From positions 1,169-65,168 of the forward strand of contig CALHAP010000068.1 of the NCBI GenBank assembly GCA_937931795.1: a stretch of DNA of 64,000 bases, in the 5' to 3' direction. This document shows, in pieces, positions 1 to 10,489 of the stretch. The first letter of the stretch is position 1. The number at the start of each line of letters is the position of its first letter. The DNA comes from an uncultured Rhodobacteraceae bacterium (lineage in GTDB: Bacteria; Pseudomonadota; Alphaproteobacteria; Rhodobacterales; Rhodobacteraceae). The notes beneath the pieces were generated by a model. The model was not told the DNA's origin, did not search any database, and saw only the letters and a list, made by a program, of their open reading frames with translations. The position numbers and the translations under genes are program-made.

Positions 1-1
1 G

Positions 2-1003
2 CATATCATCCCGTGGAATTACCCGATGCAGATCATCGGGCGGTCGGTCGGGGCTGCGCTCGCGATGGGCAATGCTTGTGTGTTGAAACCTGCTGAGGAG
101 GCGTGCTTGACCGCCCTTGCATTCGCGCAGATCGCCCATGACGCGGGGCTGCCTGCGGGGGCGCTGAATGTGGTGCCCGGTTTGGGGGCCGAAGCGGGGG
201 CGGCGCTGGCCAGCCATCCGGGCGTGCATCATATGTCCTTCACCGGATCGGTGGGCACGGGGCGGTTGATCCAGACGGCGGCGGCACAAAACGTGCGGCC
301 TGTGACGTTGGAGCTGGGCGGTAAATCCCCGCAGCTGGTGTTTGACGATGCCGATATCGACGCGGCGCTGCCGTTTCTCGTGAATGCGGGCATACAAAAC
401 GCTGGCCAAACCTGTTCGGCATCTTCGCGCATCCTCGTGCAGCGTGGGGTGTATGATCAAGTCGTGGTCCGCATGGCCGAGCGCTACGCCGCGCTGTGTG
501 TCGGGCCTGCGATGGATGATCATGATCTGGGTCCGGTAATCTCGCAGCGGCAAAAGGCGATTTTTGAAGGGTTTGTTGACCAAGGTCGCGATCTGGATTG
601 CGTCGCGCGGGGGCAGATTTTGGACGATGCGCCCAGCGCGGGGGCCTATGTCGCACCGGCGCTCTTTGCGGGCGTGACGCCCAATCACACGCTGGCACAA
701 GACGAGATTTTCGGACCTGTCCAGGTTATCATCCCGTTTGACGATGAGGCCGAGGCGCTCGCGATTGCCAATGGCACGGACTACGGGCTGGTGGCGTCGG
801 TCTGGACAAGTGACGGCGCGCGGCAGATGCGGTTGGCCAAGGCGCTGCGCGCGGGACAGGTGTTTTTGAACAACTACGGGGCTGGTGGCGGCGTCGAGCT
901 GCCGTTTGGTGGCACGGGGCTGTCAGGGCATGGGCGCGAAAAGGGATTTGAGGCGCTCTATGGGTTTTCGACATTGAAAACCGTGGCGGCGTTTCACGGA
1001 TAG
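2..1003 (+). CDS. NAD(P)-dependent aldehyde dehydrogenase, 5-prime end cut by window edge
   Basis: Frame is open from base 2 (HIIPWNYPMQ...). Motifs ELGGKSP, GQTCSASSR (catalytic Cys region) and EIFGPV. Stop at 1001-1003. Confidence 0.85.
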   Translation, partial: HIIPWNYPMQIIGRSVGAALAMGNACVLKPAEEACLTALAFAQIAHDAGLPAGALNVVPGLGAEAGAALASHPGVHHMSFTGSVGTGRLIQTAAAQNVRPVTLELGGKSPQLVFDDADIDAALPFLVNAGIQNAGQTCSASSRILVQRGVYDQVVVRMAERYAALCVGPAMDDHDLGPVISQRQKAIFEGFVDQGRDLDCVARGQILDDAPSAGAYVAPALFAGVTPNHTLAQDEIFGPVQVIIPFDDEAEALAIANGTDYGLVASVWTSDGARQMRLAKALRAGQVFLNNYGAGGGVELPFGGTGLSGHGREKGFEALYGFSTLKTVAAFHG

Positions 1004-1011
1004 GGGGCGAT

Positions 1012-1758
1012 ATGCGATTGAACGGGAAAACGGCGATTGTGACAGGCGGTGCGTCGGGGTTTGGCGCAGGGATCGCGCGCAAATTCGTGGCCGAGGGCGC
1101 GCAGGTGGTGATCGCGGATTTAAACACCGAACTGGCGGGGTTTCTGGCCGCTGAACTGGGTGAAAACGCCCGCGCGGTCCGGTGTGACGTGACGAACAGC
1201 GATAGCGTGGCGTCGATGGTAGAGCAGACGCTGGATGCCTTTGGTCGCATCGACATCCTAATCAACAACGCGGGCACCACGCATCTGCCCAGCCCGATGG
1301 AGGACATCAGCGAGGAGGACTTTGATCGGGTGTTCACCGTCAACGCCAAGTCAGTCTACCTGACCGCCCGCCACATCGTCCCGCACCTCAAGGCCCAAGG
1401 CTCGGGTGCGATCCTCAACGTGGCGTCCACCGCCGCCGTGAGCCCCCGCCCGCGCCTGAGTTGGTACAACGCGAGCAAGGGGTGGATGGTGACTGCGACC
1501 AAGGGCATGGCGGTCGAGCTGGCCCCGCACGGCGTCCGCGTCAACGCGATCAACCCCGTGGCGGGCGAGACGCCCTTGCTGCAAAGTTTCATGGGCGAAG
1601 ACACGCCCGAGGTGCGCGCCAAGTTCCTCTCAACAATCCCCTTGGGCCGCTTTTCCACGCCCGAGGATATGGGCAACGCCGCCTGCTACCTGTGCTCGGA
1701 CGAGGCGAGCATGGTGACGGGCGTGTGCATGGAGGTCGACGGGGGGCGGTGTGTTTGA
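1012..1758 (+). CDS. Short-chain dehydrogenase/reductase (FabG-like oxidoreductase)
   Basis: 248 aa with TGGASGFG Rossmann motif, NNAG and YNASK catalytic motif. Starts 8 nt after the upstream stop. Confidence 0.8.
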   Translation: MRLNGKTAIVTGGASGFGAGIARKFVAEGAQVVIADLNTELAGFLAAELGENARAVRCDVTNSDSVASMVEQTLDAFGRIDILINNAGTTHLPSPMEDISEEDFDRVFTVNAKSVYLTARHIVPHLKAQGSGAILNVASTAAVSPRPRLSWYNASKGWMVTATKGMAVELAPHGVRVNAINPVAGETPLLQSFMGEDTPEVRAKFLSTIPLGRFSTPEDMGNAACYLCSDEASMVTGVCMEVDGGRCV

Positions 1759-2021
1759 GCGTGCTCTGCTGCCATGTGCCCTGAATTGCGCCAAGAGAAG
1801 GTTGCTTTGCGTTGATTGACCTTTTCCATCTTATTGCGCGGAACAGGGCAGGGCAGATAACTGGGTTGCCGTGTTTTTTGCACCGCGAACACGGCTGTCC
1901 ATTCGCGCGGTGCTGACGACGACGGAGGCAAAACGGCAGCCCACCGTAATCGAGGCTTGAGATCGGGCGCGCGGCCCTGCAGGTTGCCCCCAACCGATAG
2001 ACCCCCCGAAGGGAGGCCCCT

Positions 2022-5000
2022 GTGGCGACGTTCAGCACTGACAAATGGCAATTCTGGGTCGACCGGGGCGGCACTTTTACCGATATTGTGGCGCGCCAGC
2101 CGGATGGTGCGCTGAAAACCCACAAACTACTATCGGAAAACCCCGAAAGCTACGCCGATGCGGCCGTCCATGGGATCAGAACCTTGCTGGGTCTGGGCGC
2201 GGATGACCCGTTGCTGCCGGGGCAAATATCGGCGGTGAAAATGGGCACGACGGTCGCCACCAACGCGCTGTTGGAACGCAAGGGCGACTCCACGGTTTTG
2301 CTGATCACCAAGGGCCTGCGCGATCTGCTGCGGATCGGGTATCAAAACCGCCCCAACCTGTTTGATCTTCATATCAAACTGCCCGAACTGCTCTACCACG
2401 ATGTGATTGAGGTCGATGAGCGTGTTGATGCGCGCGGCGAAGTGGTAACTCCGCTCGATCTGGACACCGCCCGCGCGGCCCTGACACAGGCCTATGATGC
2501 GGGCACCCGGTCTGTCGCGATTGCGCTGATGCATGGCTACAGGTTCACCGATCACGAGCGGCAACTGGGCGCATTGGCCCGCGAGATTGGCTTTACCCAA
2601 GTGTCGCTCAGCCATGAGGCCAGCCCGTTGATCAAGCTGGTCGCGCGGGGGGATACCGCCGTGGTGGATGCCTATCTGTCCCCGATTTTGCGGCGTTACG
2701 TGAGCCAGATTGCCAGTGCGCTCGACGCCAGCCGCGGCGGCTGTGACAGCCTGATGTTCATGCAATCGAGCGGCGGTTTGACCGATGCCCACAGGTTTCA
2801 GGGCAAGGATGCGATCCTGTCTGGTCCGGCGGGCGGCGTTGTCGGCATGGTGCGCACCGCTCATGCGGCGGGATTTGACAAGCTGATCGGCTTTGACATG
2901 GGCGGCACATCGACCGATGTGTGCCACTACGCAGGCAGCTTTGAGCGCAGTTTCGAGACCGAAGTGGCGGGCGTTCGGATGCGTGCGCCGATGATGTCTA
3001 TTCACACGGTGGCCGCAGGCGGTGGCTCGATCCTAAGCTACCGCGACGGGCGTATGCAGGTGGGGCCCGACAGCGCGGGCGCGAACCCCGGTCCTGCTGC
3101 CTATCGCCGTGGCGGCCCGCTGACGGTCACCGATTGCAATGTTCTGTTGGGCAAAGTGCAGCCTAGCCAGTTTCCGCCCGTCTTTGGTCCCGCCGGGGAT
3201 CAGCCGCTGGATGTGGATGTGGTCGCACGCAAGTTTGCCGCCCTCGCCGCCGAGATCGGGGGTCACCGCACTGTCGAGGATATTGCCGAAGGGTTCCTGC
3301 GCATTGCCGTGGAAAACATGGCCAATGCGATCAAGAAGATCAGCGTGCAGCGCGGCTATGACGTGACCAAATACACGATGAATTGCTTTGGTGGTGCGGG
3401 CGGGCAGCATGCTTGTTTGGTCGCCGATGCCTTGGGGATGCAGAGCGTTTATATCCATCCTTTTGCCGGCGTTCTATCGGCGTTTGGGATGGGGTTGGCA
3501 GATGTGCGCGCGATCCGTGAGCATCAGTTTGCGATGCCTTTGGAGGCTTTGGCTGATGCCAAGGTGAAGATGGCCGAGCTGTCTGATGCCGCCGCCGCCG
3601 AGGTTCGCGCGCAGGGCATCGGGGACACAGGTTTTGCGATATCCCAGACCGCCCATCTGCGCACCGACGGTGCCCATCAGACCCTAGAGGTGGCGTTTGG
3701 CGATGCGGATGCGATGCGTGATGAGTTTGCGCAGGCCCATCAGCAGCGCTTTGGCTTTGCCCCCGACACCCGCCGTTTGATCATTGATGTGCTGACGGCC
3801 GAGGCGATTGGGCAGACGGGCGAAGGCGTGACATTGCCCGATACTCCGCCAGAACCCGCCAAACCGGGTCGCGCGCGCATGTTCAGTGGCGGCGCGTGGC
3901 ACGAGGTGCCGCTGGTGGATCGCGCGTCCATGGTCTTGGGGGATGTCGTCGCAGGCCCTGCGATCATCACAGAACCCACAGGTACCAATGTGATCGAAGC
4001 GGGCTGGCAGGCTGAATGCACCGCAGGCGGCAATCTGGTGTTGCGCCGCCCTCAGCCGTTGGACCGCCAAGAGGCGATTGGCACCACCGTCGATCCGGTG
4101 ATGCTAGAGGTGTTTAACAACCTGTTCATGTCGATTGCCGAACAGATGGGCGCGACGCTGGCCAACACCGCCTATTCGGTCAACATCAAGGAACGCTACG
4201 ATTTTTCCTGTGCGATTTTTGACCAACGCGGTGATCTGGTCGCAAATGCCCCGCATGTGCCGGTGCATCTGGGGTCTATGTCGGAAAGCGTGCGGACGGT
4301 GCTGCGCCTGAACGCGGGCAACATTCGCCCCGGCGATGTGTTCATGATGAACAACCCTTACAACGGCGGCACGCATCTGCCCGATGTCACGGTGATCACC
4401 CCGGTGTTTAACGAGGCCGGGCGCGATATTATCTACACCGTCGCGTCGCGCGGGCATCACGCTGATATTGGTGGAACGACCCCCGGTTCTGCACCGCCTG
4501 ACAGTACGCATATCGACCACGAAGGCGTGTTGATCGACAACTTTCTGCTGGTGCGCCAAGGGGTGCTGCGCGATATCGCGACGCGTGATTTGCTGGGGTC
4601 TGGCCCCTATCCGTGCCGCAACATTGATCAAAACATGGCCGATCTCGCAGCGCAGATTGCCGCTAATGCCACGGGCGTGGCCGAGTTGACCAAGATCACC
4701 CGCCAGTTCGGGCTGGAAACCATCCACGCCTATATGACCCACGTGCAGGACAACGCCGAGGAAAGCGTGCGGCGGGTCTTGGACGTCTTGCATGATTGCG
4801 CGTTCACCTATCCGCTCGACAGTGGCGCGCAGGTGCAGGTGGCGATCACCGTGGACAGGACCGTGCGCAGTGCGACGTTGGATTTCACCGGCACCTCGCC
4901 CCAAGATGCGCTGAATTACAACGCGCCTTTGGCGATTTGCCGCGCTGTCGTGCTCTATGTGTTTCGCACGTTGGTGGGCAGCAACATCCCGATGAACGAG

Positions 5001-5627
5001 GGGTGTTTGAAACCGCTGCATCTGATCGTGCCCGAGGGGTCGATGATCAACCCTGCCGCCCCCGCTGCGGTCATATCTGGCAATACCGAGGTCAGCCAAG
5101 CGATCGCCGACACGCTCTATGGGGCTTTGGGGGTGATCGCGGGCAGTCAGGGCACGATGAATAACTTTGTCTATGGCAACGAGACGGTGCAAAACTACGA
5201 GACGATTTGTGGTGGCACCGGGGCGGGGAATGGATTTGACGGCACCAGTGCTGTGCACAGTCACATGACCAACACCCGCATGACCGATCCCGAGGTTCTG
5301 GAAACCCGGTTTCCTGTCCGCGTCGATGAATTTTCGATCCGCGCAGGCTCTGGCGGGGAGGGTCGCACCCGTGGCGGCGACGGTATCATCCGCAAGCTGC
5401 GGTTTTTGGAAGAGATGACCGTCACCGTTCTATCGTCCCATCGCATCATCCCGCCCCATGGGGCGGCGGGTGGTGGCCCCGGTAAGGTTGGTGAAAACAG
5501 CGTTGAACGCGCAGATGGTGGGTTTGATGCGCTTGGTGGCAATGACGCGGCCTATATGATGCCGGGCGACGTATTTGTGTTGAAATCCCCCGGTGGTGGC
5601 GGTTTTGGCGCGCCAGATGATGAATGA
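2022..5627 (+). CDS. Hydantoinase A/B fusion protein (5-oxoprolinase-like, ATP-hydrolysing)
   Basis: 1201 aa, the length and two-domain layout typical of fused HyuA/HyuB oxoprolinases. GTG start at 2022 preceded by GGGAGG at 2011-2016. Confidence 0.8.
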   Translation: MATFSTDKWQFWVDRGGTFTDIVARQPDGALKTHKLLSENPESYADAAVHGIRTLLGLGADDPLLPGQISAVKMGTTVATNALLERKGDSTVLLITKGLRDLLRIGYQNRPNLFDLHIKLPELLYHDVIEVDERVDARGEVVTPLDLDTARAALTQAYDAGTRSVAIALMHGYRFTDHERQLGALAREIGFTQVSLSHEASPLIKLVARGDTAVVDAYLSPILRRYVSQIASALDASRGGCDSLMFMQSSGGLTDAHRFQGKDAILSGPAGGVVGMVRTAHAAGFDKLIGFDMGGTSTDVCHYAGSFERSFETEVAGVRMRAPMMSIHTVAAGGGSILSYRDGRMQVGPDSAGANPGPAAYRRGGPLTVTDCNVLLGKVQPSQFPPVFGPAGDQPLDVDVVARKFAALAAEIGGHRTVEDIAEGFLRIAVENMANAIKKISVQRGYDVTKYTMNCFGGAGGQHACLVADALGMQSVYIHPFAGVLSAFGMGLADVRAIREHQFAMPLEALADAKVKMAELSDAAAAEVRAQGIGDTGFAISQTAHLRTDGAHQTLEVAFGDADAMRDEFAQAHQQRFGFAPDTRRLIIDVLTAEAIGQTGEGVTLPDTPPEPAKPGRARMFSGGAWHEVPLVDRASMVLGDVVAGPAIITEPTGTNVIEAGWQAECTAGGNLVLRRPQPLDRQEAIGTTVDPVMLEVFNNLFMSIAEQMGATLANTAYSVNIKERYDFSCAIFDQRGDLVANAPHVPVHLGSMSESVRTVLRLNAGNIRPGDVFMMNNPYNGGTHLPDVTVITPVFNEAGRDIIYTVASRGHHADIGGTTPGSAPPDSTHIDHEGVLIDNFLLVRQGVLRDIATRDLLGSGPYPCRNIDQNMADLAAQIAANATGVAELTKITRQFGLETIHAYMTHVQDNAEESVRRVLDVLHDCAFTYPLDSGAQVQVAITVDRTVRSATLDFTGTSPQDALNYNAPLAICRAVVLYVFRTLVGSNIPMNEGCLKPLHLIVPEGSMINPAAPAAVISGNTEVSQAIADTLYGALGVIAGSQGTMNNFVYGNETVQNYETICGGTGAGNGFDGTSAVHSHMTNTRMTDPEVLETRFPVRVDEFSIRAGSGGEGRTRGGDGIIRKLRFLEEMTVTVLSSHRIIPPHGAAGGGPGKVGENSVERADGGFDALGGNDAAYMMPGDVFVLKSPGGGGFGAPDDE

Positions 5628-5639
5628 GGATACCTTGAT

Positions 5640-6833
5640 ATGCCCGTGACCCTGCCTGTGAAAGACCGGTTTGAGCTGCCGGATGGGATGATCTATCTCG
5701 ACGGCAATTCGCTCGGGCCGCTGCCGCGTGGCGTGAAACAAGCCGTGGCGGATATGATCAGCGATCAGTGGGGCGCGCATCTGATCAAGGGATGGAACAT
5801 CGACGGCTGGATGGCGCAACCACTGCGCGTCGGCAATCTGGTCGGGCGTCTGGTGGGGGCGGCCCCTGACACGATCACGATGGGTGACACGCTATCGATC
5901 AAGGTGGTGCAGGCGCTGGCCGCCGGGTTGCGCATGCGCCCGGACCGCAAGGTGATCTTGTCCGACAGCGGCAATTTCCCCTCGGACCTGTATATGGCCC
6001 AAGGTTTGATTGCCCATCTGGCCCAAGGCCATGAGCTGCGGATCGTCGCCCCCGAAGAGGTCGAGGCCGCGATGACCGACGATGTCGCCGTGGCGATGAT
6101 CACGCAAGTAGACTACCGGTCTGGGCGGATGCACGACATGACCGCCGTGACCAATGCGGCACAAGCTGCGGGCGCTGTCATGCTGTGGGATTTGGCCCAT
6201 AGTGCGGGGGCTGTGCCGGTCGATCTGGCCACTTGCGGGTGCGAATTTGCGGTGGGCTGCACCTATAAATATCTCAACGGCGGCCCCGGCGCGCCTGCGT
6301 TTATCTATGTGCGCCCCGATCTGGCGGATCGCATTGACCCACTGCTCAGCGGCTGGTTGGGGCATGACGCGCCGTTTGCGTTTGAGGCCACCTATCGTCC
6401 CGCGCCGGGGATCGAGCGGATGCGCGTGGGTACGCCGCCCGTGTTGCAACTGGCCGCCCTAGAGGTCGCGATGCAGGTGTGGGACGGTGTTGATATGGAT
6501 GATCTGCGGGCCGCCAGCCTGCGCCTGTCGGATCTGTTTATCGCACAGGTCGAGGATAGATGCCCGCAGCTGACGTTGGCGTCGCCCCGTGATGGCGCAC
6601 GGAGGGGAAGTCAGGTGTCGTTTGCATTTGAACATGGGTATGCCGCGATGCAGGCATTAATCGCGCGCGATGTGATTGGGGATTTCAGAGCGCCCAACCT
6701 GATGCGCTTTGGCTTTACGCCACTTTATGTGGATGAGGCCGATGTCATTCGGGCGGTAGATCATCTGGCCGATATCCTGAACCAACGGATTTGGGATACG
6801 CCTGCGTTTCAGAAGACCAGCCGGGTGACCTAG
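5640..6833 (+). CDS. kynU: Kynureninase
   Basis: 397 aa. N-terminal IYLDGNSLGPLP and the PLP-lysine region CTYKYLNGGPGAP are characteristic of kynureninase. Confidence 0.75.
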   Translation: MPVTLPVKDRFELPDGMIYLDGNSLGPLPRGVKQAVADMISDQWGAHLIKGWNIDGWMAQPLRVGNLVGRLVGAAPDTITMGDTLSIKVVQALAAGLRMRPDRKVILSDSGNFPSDLYMAQGLIAHLAQGHELRIVAPEEVEAAMTDDVAVAMITQVDYRSGRMHDMTAVTNAAQAAGAVMLWDLAHSAGAVPVDLATCGCEFAVGCTYKYLNGGPGAPAFIYVRPDLADRIDPLLSGWLGHDAPFAFEATYRPAPGIERMRVGTPPVLQLAALEVAMQVWDGVDMDDLRAASLRLSDLFIAQVEDRCPQLTLASPRDGARRGSQVSFAFEHGYAAMQALIARDVIGDFRAPNLMRFGFTPLYVDEADVIRAVDHLADILNQRIWDTPAFQKTSRVT

Positions 6834-6947
6834 GAGAGAGCGCAGAACCCATAAACACGCGCCGTGAGGCCTGAGAGTTTCAATTAATATTTGCTGGAAC
6901 CCGCCTTGCAAAACAATATAGTTTTAAGGGGTTGAGGGAGATCGGCT

Positions 6948-7493
6948 GTGGCAAACTCTAGGCAAGATATCGAGAACTGGATTGCCAAAACGGCGATGGG
7001 CGACCGCGCGGCGTTCAATCAGCTTTATGATGCAACCTGCGCGAAACTTCTGGGGGTGAGCCTGCGTATCTTAAAAGATCGCGCCGCCGCAGAGGATGCC
7101 ATGCAAGACAGTTACGTCAAAATCTGGAAGAACGCCGACAGGTATTCCGCCAATGGGCTGAGCCCGATGACGTGGCTGATCACGATTGCGCGCAATACTT
7201 CAATTGATCGGTTGCGCGCGGGCAAGAATATGACCGAGCTTGGCGATGTCTACGACCGCATCCCGTGTGATGCCCGTGGTCCCGAAGAACTGGCCGTGGC
7301 AAGGTCAGAGGCCGAGCGGATTATCAGCTGTATGGGCGAATTAGAGCCCAAGCGGCGTGACGCGATTGAGGGTGCCTATTTTGGCGGTAAATCCTATGCG
7401 GACCTCGCAGATCAATTTGAAATTCCTTTAAATACCATGCGCACTTGGTTGCGCCGCGGCCTCCAGAGCCTGCGGGATTGCATGGCCCGGTGA
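6948..7493 (+). CDS. ECF-type RNA polymerase sigma factor
   Basis: 181 aa with sigma-70 region 2 (DAMQDSYVKIW) and region 4 (YADLADQFEIPLNTMRTWLRRG). GTG start after GAGGGAG. Confidence 0.8.
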   Translation: MANSRQDIENWIAKTAMGDRAAFNQLYDATCAKLLGVSLRILKDRAAAEDAMQDSYVKIWKNADRYSANGLSPMTWLITIARNTSIDRLRAGKNMTELGDVYDRIPCDARGPEELAVARSEAERIISCMGELEPKRRDAIEGAYFGGKSYADLADQFEIPLNTMRTWLRRGLQSLRDCMAR

Positions 7494-7498
7494 GCATT

Positions 7499-8179
7499 AT
7501 GACCCAAGACGATACATTCATGGCGGCTGAATACGTGCTGGGCTTGTTGGATGTCAGCGAGCACAGCGCCGCCCAAACCCGGTTGCGCGTGGATGCGGGA
7601 TTTTCCCGCGCTGTGGCCGATTGGGAAGAGTATTTCGCGGAAATGACCGCCGATATCGCCCCCGTTGCCCCGTCTGTGCAGGTCAAGCGCGCCTTGGAGC
7701 AACGCCTATTTAGCCAGCCCGCGACCCCGTGGTGGGCGGGCGTCGGGTTTTGGCGTGGCCTCAGCTTTGCATCACTGGCCCTCGTCGCGGTGCTGGGATG
7801 GCAGGCGATGACCCCGGTGTCAGACGCCGCAGGGCCGCTATATCCTGCGACCATTGCCTCGGTAGAGGGTGATTTCCGCGTGGTGGTCGTGGTCGATAAA
7901 TCGGTCAATCAGATCACTCTGACACGCACTGCCGGCGCCGCCCCTGCGGGCCGTATCTTGCAGGTCTGGGCGCACGGCGAAAACGCGCCCGCCACATCCG
8001 TTGGTCTCTGGCCCGAGGGGGACACTGTGACCCTGCCGCTGACCCCGGTGATCGCCGACGTTACGGGTATTTTGACCATCGGCGTCAGCGAAGAACCCCC
8101 CGGCGGGTCTGTCACGGGCTCTCCATCCGGGCGGGTCTTTGGCACCGTGGATATTCCGGGCGTGCGCGACGGCATCTAG
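7499..8179 (+). CDS. Anti-sigma factor (RskA-like, single-pass membrane protein)
   Basis: ATG at 7499, 5 nt after the sigma-factor stop. N-terminal AEYVLGLLD anti-sigma motif, a central hydrophobic helix and an RskA-like C-terminal domain. The ORF-track start at 7445 overlaps the sigma gene and is unlikely. Confidence 0.7.
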   Translation: MTQDDTFMAAEYVLGLLDVSEHSAAQTRLRVDAGFSRAVADWEEYFAEMTADIAPVAPSVQVKRALEQRLFSQPATPWWAGVGFWRGLSFASLALVAVLGWQAMTPVSDAAGPLYPATIASVEGDFRVVVVVDKSVNQITLTRTAGAAPAGRILQVWAHGENAPATSVGLWPEGDTVTLPLTPVIADVTGILTIGVSEEPPGGSVTGSPSGRVFGTVDIPGVRDGI

Positions 8180-8258
8180 CGGGCGCGGTGTTTGCAATTG
8201 CCACCGCGTGCTGCGGGGGCGATACAAGGACATGTGACATTGCCAAGGCGCGCCATCC

Positions 8259-9302
8259 ATGTCTCTTAAATCTGATCTTGATCGGGCTGCAATAGAGGCG
8301 GGGTTCACCCGCATGGCGATCTGTCGTCCCGATGCTATCCCGCAGGCCGCAGACCGTTTGGGCGCATTTGTCGATGCTGGCCGTCATGGGCAGATGGGGT
8401 GGATGGCCGAGCGTATGGGCTGGCGCGGTGATCCGACGGCGCTCTGGCCCGAGGCGCGCTCGGTGATCATGCTGGCCGAGAGCTACGCGCCCAAGCACGA
8501 TCCGTTGGCGATTTTGCAGCAACGCGACCACGCCGCGATCAGCGTCTATGCCCAAGGGCGCGATTACCACGATATCGTCAAGAAGCGCCTGAAACGGGTG
8601 GGTCGTTGGCTGCTGGAACAATGTCCTGATGAGCAGATCAAGGTCTTTGTCGACACTGCCCCGGTGATGGAAAAACCGCTGGCCGCCGCCGCCGGCCTCG
8701 GCTGGCAGGGCAAGCACACCAATCTGGTCGGGCGGCATCTGGGCAATTGGGTTTTTCTGGGGGCGATCTTTACCACCGTCGATTTGGAACCCGACGCACC
8801 GGAGGTCGATCATTGCGGATCCTGTCGCGCCTGTCTCGACATCTGCCCGACTGATGCGTTTCCGGCCCCCTATCAACTCGACGCGCGGCGCTGCATTTCC
8901 TACCTGACGATCGAGCACAAAGGCCCAGTGGATGATGAGTTGCGCGCCAAGATGGGCAACCGCATCTACGGCTGCGACGATTGCCTCGCGATCTGCCCGT
9001 GGAACAAATTTGCGGTTGAAGCGACCGAGATGCGCTACTTTGGCAGCCGCGCGCCAGAGCCCTTGGCCGATCTCGCGGCCCTCGATGACACAGCATTCCG
9101 CGCGCGCTTTTCCGGGTCGCCGATCAAACGCATCGGGCGCGACCGTTTTGTGCGCAACGTGCTCTATGCCATCGGCAATTCGGGGGATGCATCGCTGGTC
9201 ACCGCGGCCCAAGATCACTGCGAAGACCCGGACCCGACCGTTGCCGATGCCGCCCGTTGGGCTGTGGGGCGGTTGTCGGGTGCAGGCGGACCGCTAGGTT
9301 AA
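8259..9302 (+). CDS. queG: tRNA epoxyqueuosine(34) reductase
   Basis: 347 aa with two 4Fe-4S ferredoxin motifs ([25 protein letters not shown]) and the C-terminal HEAT-like tail typical of QueG. Confidence 0.8.
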   Translation: MSLKSDLDRAAIEAGFTRMAICRPDAIPQAADRLGAFVDAGRHGQMGWMAERMGWRGDPTALWPEARSVIMLAESYAPKHDPLAILQQRDHAAISVYAQGRDYHDIVKKRLKRVGRWLLEQCPDEQIKVFVDTAPVMEKPLAAAAGLGWQGKHTNLVGRHLGNWVFLGAIFTTVDLEPDAPEVDHCGSCRACLDICPTDAFPAPYQLDARRCISYLTIEHKGPVDDELRAKMGNRIYGCDDCLAICPWNKFAVEATEMRYFGSRAPEPLADLAALDDTAFRARFSGSPIKRIGRDRFVRNVLYAIGNSGDASLVTAAQDHCEDPDPTVADAARWAVGRLSGAGGPLG

Positions 9303-9328
9303 TGTGTAGCCCGAAAAAGGATCACCCG

Positions 9329-10489
9329 ATGCGCCCGATACTCTTGCCCGCCGCCATTCTATTGCCCGTCATCGCCTGCGCGCAGGTCGAACAGGGTGCG
9401 CCGAATGCTGGTTTTGCGCCTGCGTTCCCCGATCAAACCCGCGCACCCGCGATGCCCGCCACGGCTGTCGAGGTCGCGACATTCGCCGAAGGTTTGGAAA
9501 ATCCGTGGGGGATCGCGCCCTTAGGCGATGGCCGCTACATCGTGACCGAACGCCCCGGTCGGATGCGGATCGTGGCGGCGGATGGCTCGCTCAGCGCACC
9601 GATAACTGGCTTGCCGCAGGTCGCAGCCGAGCGCCAAGGCGGGATGCTCGACGTCGCAGTCTCGGACGGCGTGGTGTTTTGGACCTATGCCAAGTGGGTG
9701 GGTGGCGGCTATGTCACGGCAGCGGCACGCGGGGTCTTGTCCGCCGATGAAACCACGATGGAGCAAGTGACCGACATTTTCGTCCAAGACCCGCCCTCGG
9801 CGTTCCCGATGCACTACGGCAGCCGGATTATTCCTGATGGTGCTGTGGTCTGGATCACCACGGGCGAACATTCGGACCGCTCGGAACGCGACCGCGCCCA
9901 AGACATCAACACGACCTACGGCAAGGTCATCCGCCTGAACCGCGATGGCTCGGTGCCGGGCGATAACCCCTTTGTCGGGCGCGAGGGCATCGACAGCATC
10001 TGGTCGCTGGGGCACCGCAATATCCAAGGTGCTGTGCTCGACCCCAACGCGGGCGATCTTTGGACCATTGAGCACGGGCCGCGCGGAGGGGATGAGCTGA
10101 ACCGTCCCGGTGCGGGCCTCAACTACGGATGGCCGGTGGTCAGCTACGGCGTGAATTACAATGGATCAGACGTGGGCGAAGGGACCGCCAGCGCGCCCGG
10201 ATTTGTCGAGCCGGTCTACTACTGGGATCCGGTGATCGCGCCGGGTGGCATGATGTTCTACGCGGGCGAGATGTTCGGCGATTGGGAGGGGGATCTGCTG
10301 ATCGGATCGCTCAACCCCGGAGCGCTTGTGCGTTTGAATGTCTCCGCAGGCCGCGTGGTCGGCGAAGAGCGGGTGATCACCGATCAGGGGCGCATTCGTG
10401 ATGTTGAAGTGGCCGCCGATGGTGCGGTCCTGCTGCTGGTCGACAGCCCCGACGGCACAATCCTGCGCGTCACACCGGGTACAAACTGA
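9329..10489 (+). CDS. PQQ-dependent sugar dehydrogenase (soluble glucose/sorbosone dehydrogenase family), probable lipoprotein
   Basis: Signal peptide with lipobox (LLPVIAC). Motifs HRNIQG and EHGPRGGDELN. ATG 9329 preferred over 9257 or 9302, which overlap queG. Confidence 0.7.
   Translation: MRPILLPAAILLPVIACAQVEQGAPNAGFAPAFPDQTRAPAMPATAVEVATFAEGLENPWGIAPLGDGRYIVTERPGRMRIVAADGSLSAPITGLPQVAAERQGGMLDVAVSDGVVFWTYAKWVGGGYVTAAARGVLSADETTMEQVTDIFVQDPPSAFPMHYGSRIIPDGAVVWITTGEHSDRSERDRAQDINTTYGKVIRLNRDGSVPGDNPFVGREGIDSIWSLGHRNIQGAVLDPNAGDLWTIEHGPRGGDELNRPGAGLNYGWPVVSYGVNYNGSDVGEGTASAPGFVEPVYYWDPVIAPGGMMFYAGEMFGDWEGDLLIGSLNPGALVRLNVSAGRVVGEERVITDQGRIRDVEVAADGAVLLLVDSPDGTILRVTPGTN

Noticed and set aside
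1868-1895. 8-bp inverted repeat GCCGTGTT-N12-AACACGGC in the 263-nt gap upstream of the oxoprolinase-like gene
   Set aside because: It has no U-run, so it is not a convincing terminator. It matches no riboswitch core that I recognise. It could be a regulator-binding site, but nothing in the sequence supports a specific call.
4104-5264. Long antisense ORFs opposite well-supported genes (for example 4104-5264, 8112-9218, 19224-20132, 21351-22181, 38941-39942, 43095-43937, 46340-47251, 47616-48998, 55933-56799, 57474-58316 and 62986-63852)
   Set aside because: They are Arg/Gly/Pro/His-rich, low-complexity translations typical of shadow ORFs in GC-rich DNA. They carry no recognisable motifs, and each lies fully inside a gene with strong family signatures on the other strand.
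6896-6900. GGAAC -35-like element upstream of the ECF sigma gene (possible autoregulated ECF promoter)
   Set aside because: Only the -35-like pentamer is visible. I could not identify a matching -10 element at the right spacing, so the promoter call is unsupported.
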